The notes below the pieces were generated by a model. The model made no database searches, was not told where the DNA came from, and saw only the letters and a list, made by a program, of their open reading frames with translations. DNA of 64,000 nucleotides from positions 123,986 through 187,985 of the forward strand of contig JAIXOQ010000017.1 in NCBI GenBank assembly GCA_027486675.1, read 5' to 3'. This DNA comes from Pseudomonadota bacterium. GTDB taxonomy: Bacteria; Bdellovibrionota; UBA1018; CAIMNF01. Position 1 is the first letter of the stretch. The number at the start of each line of letters is the position of its first letter. Shown piece by piece: positions 58,039-64,000 of this stretch. The translations under genes were made by a program, and so were the position numbers.

Positions 58039-60228
58039 ATGCGTTTTGCTAGGATCTGCGCTCTCCCACTGGTGCTCGCGCTCTGTGCGCCCATCCTTGC
58101 GCGATCCCAAACCGAGTTATCCAAACCAACAAATCCACCCAGCCGCGCAGAAGGTTCCTGGACCGCTGATGCGATCGCCGGAATGATTGCTAGCCGCGCA
58201 ACAATAGCCCACCGGTGGCCAGAGTTTTCAGATCCAGCTCCTTACGTTCAAGCGCCAGTCCTCACACGTTTCGCCGGGTACACAATGCTCATTCATGCAC
58301 TATCGCTAAGCTTTCCTGAGCACTACCCGCAAGTCTCTGTCCCGCATCTTGAAGACCTAAAAAAACCTCTGATCGAACATGAAATGAGAATGTCCCCGGA
58401 ACAACCGACTCGTGTGGATATCGAGTCCCTGCGGAAGCTCAAGGCGATTTCGGGTCCAAGCTCCGTAGAGGCAAGTTCGAAGCTGGCGCTTTCGATCGAA
58501 ATGATGGCCTCAGGTTACTCTCGGACCAACAGAAATTCTTATGACCTTCTGGAAGGTCTTGTCAGGAATCTCTCAGATGAGGAAAGACAGATTTTTAAGA
58601 AACGCGACGATGAACACAGGCTGGGCTATCTACTTGATCCTGATTTGGCGGCATTCAAGGCGCACTTCGAAATGGAGACAGCCTTAGCATGGGACCTCAT
58701 TCACCGGGTACTTTCCTCATTCTCCGATAAGGACCTCGTGGAAGATCCAATCCAGGTCATCAGCACTCTCCGCCACCCAAGTCTCCTCGCAAAGCACATA
58801 CCTAAAAGCTGGGGAATCTCTGCTGAGTCCCATTTTAGAATCGCACGCTTACTCGCACGGAGAATCGCAAAAATCGCAAAAGAACAAGTTGGCGCATTGA
58901 GAATCCCTCATCCTAAAGACCAGGACATACTTAGGAATCCATGGAATTTTAAACTCATTGAAGTCCCGATGTGGCTTGCATTGTTACGCGGCTTCGCGGG
59001 GAATGACTGCAGTACAGACTCCTGCACTTACTCCCCACTTCACCCGGACGAGACAGTCTTTTTTATCGAGGATACTGCAACGGGGAAGCTCCTGGGCTAT
59101 GCACAAGTTAGGAAGGTCGTGGCATCTGGCACTGATAACGAACAACCGAATTCAGGGGCCACTTACTTTATTCATACAGTAACCGGCCTTGGAATACAGG
59201 CGAGCCAGGTGCGTCCAATTTTGGGCGCAGTCATCTTGGTTCTTAGTGAAAAAGGTCCTGGCAGTCAATTTTTGATTCCAACTGATCCAGCAATACTCAA
59301 CTCACTCATCAATCGAAAACGGATCCAGAATGTATTTGCGGATGGGTTTGAAGGAAAAGAGGTCACTTTAGCGCCCACCTTAGAATCGATCTGGAGCGTA
59401 CTCTCGAAGATCCAGCCCAACTCCGATGAGGATCCGAGCGTCACCCAGAAAGGACTACTCCTCAGTCTAGAACAAACACAGAACCTCAGAAAAAGAATTG
59501 AAAAGACAGAGGAAAAAAAGACCTTCCTCAGAGCAACCGAGGAGGAAATTGGCGAGGGATTGAAATCTCAGTTTATGGTGGCGTATTCCGCTTTGCCAAA
59601 GAGTTTTGCTAACGATGTGGACGAGTCTCATTGGTATATCGAATTCGCGAATGCACTTCAACATCCCATGTTTAAAAGGTACGCGCTCGGGAAAACTAGA
59701 CGACGAAGACATGCGGAAATTAGAGATGAGGGACAGGGGGTAGTGCTTAGATACTTAGACGTCCTATCGCTTCATGCCGACGAATTGCGGGTTCCGAATT
59801 TAGTGCTTCAACTTGAAGGGCTAGGCCTGCCGAAGTTACAGTCCAAATTGATTGCAGGGATATTTGCAAATATGAAGCGCCTTCAGCGCAGACCTAAAGA
59901 AAGCCGCGTCCTTCGGAATCTTAGCGAAAATATCCGGGATACAAAGGCCTTGTTAGAATCTTCGGGCAACCTAGCATTCGCCCCAATTGGTGATGCGCTA
60001 GCGGTAATCCTTCACGGTCGAGCGCAAGAGCTCGCCCAACAGATCAGCTCGAATGCGGGCAGATCATACTCTTTGGCTAACGCGTTGATTGACCTTTCAC
60101 CCAGAATAGCGGAGACCTCCATGTACACGAAGCCCTTAGAAGAATGGGAGAATGGCACTTCGATTGAACACAGGATTTGCAGATATATTGTCGATCAAAA
60201 ACTAGCCACAGAAGTGCAGCCGCACTAG
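58039..60228 (+). CDS. Hypothetical secreted protein (729 aa)
   Basis: Signal peptide (ALPLVLALCAPILARSQ). No recognised domain. Confidence 0.45.
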   Translation: MRFARICALPLVLALCAPILARSQTELSKPTNPPSRAEGSWTADAIAGMIASRATIAHRWPEFSDPAPYVQAPVLTRFAGYTMLIHALSLSFPEHYPQVSVPHLEDLKKPLIEHEMRMSPEQPTRVDIESLRKLKAISGPSSVEASSKLALSIEMMASGYSRTNRNSYDLLEGLVRNLSDEERQIFKKRDDEHRLGYLLDPDLAAFKAHFEMETALAWDLIHRVLSSFSDKDLVEDPIQVISTLRHPSLLAKHIPKSWGISAESHFRIARLLARRIAKIAKEQVGALRIPHPKDQDILRNPWNFKLIEVPMWLALLRGFAGNDCSTDSCTYSPLHPDETVFFIEDTATGKLLGYAQVRKVVASGTDNEQPNSGATYFIHTVTGLGIQASQVRPILGAVILVLSEKGPGSQFLIPTDPAILNSLINRKRIQNVFADGFEGKEVTLAPTLESIWSVLSKIQPNSDEDPSVTQKGLLLSLEQTQNLRKRIEKTEEKKTFLRATEEEIGEGLKSQFMVAYSALPKSFANDVDESHWYIEFANALQHPMFKRYALGKTRRRRHAEIRDEGQGVVLRYLDVLSLHADELRVPNLVLQLEGLGLPKLQSKLIAGIFANMKRLQRRPKESRVLRNLSENIRDTKALLESSGNLAFAPIGDALAVILHGRAQELAQQISSNAGRSYSLANALIDLSPRIAETSMYTKPLEEWENGTSIEHRICRYIVDQKLATEVQPH

Positions 60229-60357
60229 CGGTTTTGACTAGATTGAGGTCCGCAAGAGCGGACCATTTGGTATCCGAACTTATGAGCCACTCTGCTCGCC
60301 ATCTGCCCCTAGGCTGCTGAATCATCCGAACGTGGCTATTCTACTGCAACTCATCCT

Positions 60358-61230
60358 TTAAGGTCGTTGTCGTTCAGGAATCAGCACCGTAAAAGTACTT
60401 CCACGCCCTAAAAAACTATCCACTAAGATCTCTCCGCCTAGTTTTTCCAAGATTGCCCTCGAAGAGGAAAGACCCAAGCCAGTTCCTTGCCCTTTGGGCT
60501 TTGTCGTAAAGAAGGGCTTAAAGAGCTCCTTTAGATTTTCGTCACTAATTCCAACCCCATTATCTGCAATCGCTACCCTGACAAATTTTTTTTCTAAGCT
60601 AGTCCGGATCACAATGCGTCCGCGTTTTTCAATTGCATGAGCCGCGTTGATCAAAAGACTCATGAGCACCTGCAGTAACGCGCCTGTATCAGTGATCATT
60701 TTGGGCACTACTCCAAACTCTTTGACTACCTCACACTTGTACTTTAATTCATTTGCAGCCACTCGAAGTGCCGCCTCAATACACTCATGAATGTCCGTTT
60801 CCTGAGTGGTCTCAGTGGAAACATTTGTAAAGACCTTGAGGCTTCGGATTGTTTCTGATATTCGGCAAACACCAATTAAGCACTCCTCTGCAAGTATGCT
60901 TTGATCCTTAAGAACGAAGTTAAAGTCCGGATCGTTCAGGAGGACCTGGACGCCATGAAGTCTTGTGCTGGTCGCATTCGTACCCTCTTTACCCAGGTCT
61001 GCTACTAAAGTCCGCACTTCGCCCACAAATTGCAGCATCTTATCCTGATAGATCTTGAGCGTCTCTAGATTGGACTGAACATAACCCAGTGGATTGTTGA
61101 TCTCGTGCGCGACACCTGCTGCGATCATGCCGATGGAAGCAAGTTTTTCAGACTGAATGAGCTGCTGCTGGGAGGCGATGAGGTGAAACTCATCCTTCTG
61201 GTCTAGCTTCTTGGATCGGCTTTGCGGCAT
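60358..61230 (-). CDS. Soluble sensor histidine kinase (HisKA + HATPase_c, no sensor domain)
   Basis: H-box (MIAAGVAHEINNPLGYV). N/G boxes (NAAHAI...DNGVGI...GTGLGLS). No TM segment. Confidence 0.8.
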   Translation of the reverse strand: MPQSRSKKLDQKDEFHLIASQQQLIQSEKLASIGMIAAGVAHEINNPLGYVQSNLETLKIYQDKMLQFVGEVRTLVADLGKEGTNATSTRLHGVQVLLNDPDFNFVLKDQSILAEECLIGVCRISETIRSLKVFTNVSTETTQETDIHECIEAALRVAANELKYKCEVVKEFGVVPKMITDTGALLQVLMSLLINAAHAIEKRGRIVIRTSLEKKFVRVAIADNGVGISDENLKELFKPFFTTKPKGQGTGLGLSSSRAILEKLGGEILVDSFLGRGSTFTVLIPERQRP

Positions 61231-61647
61231 TTATGCTGCCACCCTCTCATCATTGAGCGCCAGGAGATGCTCCACTGTTTGAGCAAACCGATCTAGGTGA
61301 AAGGGTTTTGGAAGAAAGGGCGGACACTCCCTAGCATTCTTCTCTTTCATCAAACTGAGAAATGACTCCGTGCCCATCCCTGACATCAGCAAAAAGGGAA
61401 TTCCGCTGCTTTGAATTGCAGGATGCTCCCACAATTCAAGGCCGAATCTCAGATTCGGGAGAAAGTAGTCGCAGATGATCAAATTGGGACGATTCGCCTG
61501 CAGGTACTCAAAGCTATCTTCAAGGCTTCCCACACACTCGACCCGAGCATGGGGGGCAATCGTACGAATCGCACGCTTCATAGAACTCCACAGAAGCGTT
61601 GAATCCTCAACCACAAGAATCGTCACTGCGTTCGAAGTGTTTTCCAT
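61231..61647 (-). CDS. Single-domain response regulator (receiver)
   Basis: ILVVEDS, phospho-acceptor context LIICDYFLP, LMSGMG, LPKP. 138 aa. Confidence 0.65.
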   Translation of the reverse strand: MENTSNAVTILVVEDSTLLWSSMKRAIRTIAPHARVECVGSLEDSFEYLQANRPNLIICDYFLPNLRFGLELWEHPAIQSSGIPFLLMSGMGTESFLSLMKEKNARECPPFLPKPFHLDRFAQTVEHLLALNDERVAA

Positions 61648-61655
61648 AATACTCC

Positions 61656-62258
61656 TTATATTGTATGAACCAGACCATCCAAGGCCTTAAGCAGCTCTTC
61701 TCTTTGAAAAGGTTTTGCGACAAAACCCGCAGCACCTAAACTCATCGCCTCCTGAACTCGACCCGAAACATCTCCGGAAACAATCATCACTTTAGTCTTT
61801 TTTTGCAGCAGATCATTCCTGCTCAGGGCCTTCAAAACCTCTATCCCGTCCATACCGGCCATGTGGATATCTAAAGTCATCACGTCCGGAGAAAACGAAG
61901 CGATCTGAAGACCGGCTTCAAACCCTCCTAACGCAATTTGAGTTTCATATCCCGCTAAGCGGAGGATCCGCTCTAATGAATGCGCAAACGGCAGATCATC
62001 CTCAACGATCAAGACTCTTCGCGGGCCAGACACCTTTTTTGCCGCTAACCATTCGTCGGGCAAGGGCATGCCATTCTGTTGCATAAACCGAATGAGGCTT
62101 TCGACGCTGATCCTATGATCACCGCGACCGGGCAACCGAGTGGCCTCGAGCTGCCCCCGCTGAACCCACCGAATCACCGTACGAAAGTTAACACCACAGT
62201 AGCGAGCGGCCTGCCCCGTCGTTAGGAATTGGTCGAGATGATCTGTCCCATTTGCCAC
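61656..62258 (-). CDS. Response regulator with N-terminal MerR/excisionase-type HTH and C-terminal receiver
   Basis: HTH (LTTGQAARYCGVNFRTVIRWVQRGQLEA). REC (RVLIVEDDLPFAHSL...DVMTLDIHMAGMDG...IVSGDV...KP). Confidence 0.7.
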   Translation of the reverse strand: MANGTDHLDQFLTTGQAARYCGVNFRTVIRWVQRGQLEATRLPGRGDHRISVESLIRFMQQNGMPLPDEWLAAKKVSGPRRVLIVEDDLPFAHSLERILRLAGYETQIALGGFEAGLQIASFSPDVMTLDIHMAGMDGIEVLKALSRNDLLQKKTKVMIVSGDVSGRVQEAMSLGAAGFVAKPFQREELLKALDGLVHTI

Positions 62259-62475
62259 CCCTTTAGAGTAGTCCTACAGAACCTAATTGGTCAAGCTTGA
62301 GAACCTGACTTTCATGACAATGCAAGAACATGAGTTACTCTTAACATTATTGCCCAATAATTTCAATTACTTAGCATATTTGTCTGAAATTAAGGCTTGG
62401 TCGGTTTGACAGGTTAATGCACTTCGTTATATTATTATTTTAGTCAGGAATAGCGGTCACTCGCTAGAAAAGGAA

Positions 62476-62859
62476 ATGGACATGAAGGCCAGAATACTTC
62501 TCATCGACGACAGCAAGATACTCCGCACCTTGCTCGGAAAAATTGTAGAGCGTGCGGGCCATGAAGTCGCAGGATACGGCGAGGATGGCGTCCAAGGGCT
62601 ATCTCTCTTCCTCTCTACCAAACCTGATTTCACTTTAATGGATGTCACCATGCCCAACATGAGCGGCAAGGAATGCCTTGAGGCCATCCTGAAACACTCA
62701 CCTCACGCAAAGGTCATCATGATCTCGGGCCTTGCGGATCCAGAGATCGAAAAAGATTGTCTCAGACTTGGAGCAAAGGCCTTTATCTCCAAATCTGATC
62801 TCACGAGCTCTGGTGCCCTTGAAAAGCAACTGAACGAAGTCTTGAAGAGATTTCAGTAA
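62476..62859 (+). CDS. CheY-like single-domain response regulator
   Basis: ILLIDDSKILRTLL, DFTLMDVTMPNMSG, MISGL, ISKS. 127 aa. Confidence 0.8.
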   Translation: MDMKARILLIDDSKILRTLLGKIVERAGHEVAGYGEDGVQGLSLFLSTKPDFTLMDVTMPNMSGKECLEAILKHSPHAKVIMISGLADPEIEKDCLRLGAKAFISKSDLTSSGALEKQLNEVLKRFQ

Positions 62860-62874
62860 GCCCAAGGACAAAAA

Positions 62875-64000
62875 ATGGAAAACAACGAAGCTCAGAAAAA
62901 AATCACCTCCGACGTCACAGAACGGTTTGCACAAGAAACAGCTGCAATCTTTAACGGTCTACTTCAATCTCCAGGAAAGGCGAGCAGCATCACCGCCCTG
63001 AGTGACTCACTGCAAAGTCAAAGATCTATTTTTGTTTCGGTCTACTTTACTGGGCTGGTCTATGGTGAGTTTATCTTGGCGCTAGATGAAGATACTGCGA
63101 CGGAGGCAATTCGAAGAAGCGGCCTTTCCGATGAACTCTTCAGCAATCCAAATGAAAAGCTCCGCATCGACCAGTTTGGTGCGATTACAGAAGCCTTAAA
63201 CATCATTGTCGGGACAACACTTCAAATCCTGACGCTTACTTTTGACAAGCTCACAATTACAGCGCCTAGGGTCTACTTCGGAAAGATTCAATATCCTAAG
63301 CTGCTCACAGGCATGCAGTCCGTTGACCTCGGATTTGGATCTATAGATTGCCACTTCTATTACGATCAAATGCAACTCGATCTTGCAGTTTCTTATCAGG
63401 ACACACTTCAAAGTCTGATCACAACGAACCGTGCATTAAATCAAGTAAACGAGAAGCTGAAAGAACAACAGGCTCAGTTGGTTCACTCAGAAAAGATGGC
63501 CTCTTTGGGGATGATGGCTGCTGGTGTGGCACATGAAATCAATAACCCTCTCGCATACGTGGATAGCAACATTTCAACGCTCGAAGATTATTCCAATATC
63601 GCACAAACGCTTCTCACTACTCACGAGCGACTGCTTCATTCGTTTGTTAGAAAAGACCAAAGAATACTGGAAAAGTCCATTGGTGAGATCGATGAAATTA
63701 GAAAAAAAGATGACTTCTCTAGGATACTCAAAGACACAAAAGACATCTTCGAAGAAACAAGGTTTGGGATTAAGCGAATTAAAGAAATTGTCCTTGGCCT
63801 AAAAAGTTTCTCCCACTTAGACCAGGAGGTCTTTAAGGCTATAGACATCAACGAGCAGCTCGAAAACATGCTGCGATTAGTTGCGAACCAACTCAAATAT
63901 AAGTGCGATGTACAGAGAGAATACGGGGAATTGCCTCCGGTTCACTGCTTCCCAGGGCCACTCAATCAAGTCTTTGTGAACCTACTTGTGAATGCGGCGC
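62875..64000 (+). CDS. Partial CDS: CheX/CheC-like phosphatase-type domain fused to a histidine kinase (continues beyond window)
   Basis: Own translation from the ATG at 62875 (frame 1) has no stop to the window end. N-terminal domain carries a CheC/CheX-type E-x2-N motif (QFGAITEALNIIVG). Then HisKA H-box (MAAGVAHEINNPLAYV). Absent from the ORF track because it has no stop. Confidence 0.7.
   Translation, partial: MENNEAQKKITSDVTERFAQETAAIFNGLLQSPGKASSITALSDSLQSQRSIFVSVYFTGLVYGEFILALDEDTATEAIRRSGLSDELFSNPNEKLRIDQFGAITEALNIIVGTTLQILTLTFDKLTITAPRVYFGKIQYPKLLTGMQSVDLGFGSIDCHFYYDQMQLDLAVSYQDTLQSLITTNRALNQVNEKLKEQQAQLVHSEKMASLGMMAAGVAHEINNPLAYVDSNISTLEDYSNIAQTLLTTHERLLHSFVRKDQRILEKSIGEIDEIRKKDDFSRILKDTKDIFEETRFGIKRIKEIVLGLKSFSHLDQEVFKAIDINEQLENMLRLVANQLKYKCDVQREYGELPPVHCFPGPLNQVFVNLLVNAA

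Overview
Chromosomal segment of about 64 kb and about 50% GC from a Gram-negative bacterium. The many lipoproteins and secreted proteins, a HiPIP and multiple chemosensory genes are compatible with a Bdellovibrio-like or deltaproteobacterial genome, but that is only a guess. Core content: three small lipoprotein genes; tRNA-Ala(GGC) followed by a short islet holding a DUF222/HNH endonuclease and a 40-bp-arm inverted repeat; a five-gene chemotaxis operon on the minus strand (MCP-CheA-CheW-CheR-CheB) in which the two methylation enzymes are unusual fusions; a TolC/HlyD/ABC exporter whose ATPase domain looks degenerate; pyrD; a large HEAT-repeat protein; a HiPIP; and a long translationally coupled operon (SWIM-SNF2 helicase, XerC/D recombinase, M50 protease, trpS, scpA, scpB, rluB). 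Next come an SDR and an initiator tRNA-fMet, followed by what looks like a ~7 kb integrative element: a terminator, an Mrr-like nuclease-domain protein, a clan-CD (caspase/legumain-like) lipoprotein with a long coiled coil, a wHTH plus PD-(D/E)xK-like protein, a small protein, and xis-int. Its att repeat could not be found. The rest holds a DUF523 gene with an in-frame TAA, a TadA-like deaminase, two G10 homopolymer tracts flanking an OMP/TPR gene pair, housekeeping and accessory enzymes (2-hydroxyacid DH, SDR, TetR with operator palindromes, GNAT, SelO, alpha/beta hydrolase, GH1 beta-glucosidase), and a two-component cluster that ends with a CheX-like/histidine-kinase fusion running off the window. 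No CRISPR array, rRNA, or transposase was recognised. All calls rest on motif recognition by eye. Coordinates come from the ORF track, with starts adjusted where noted.
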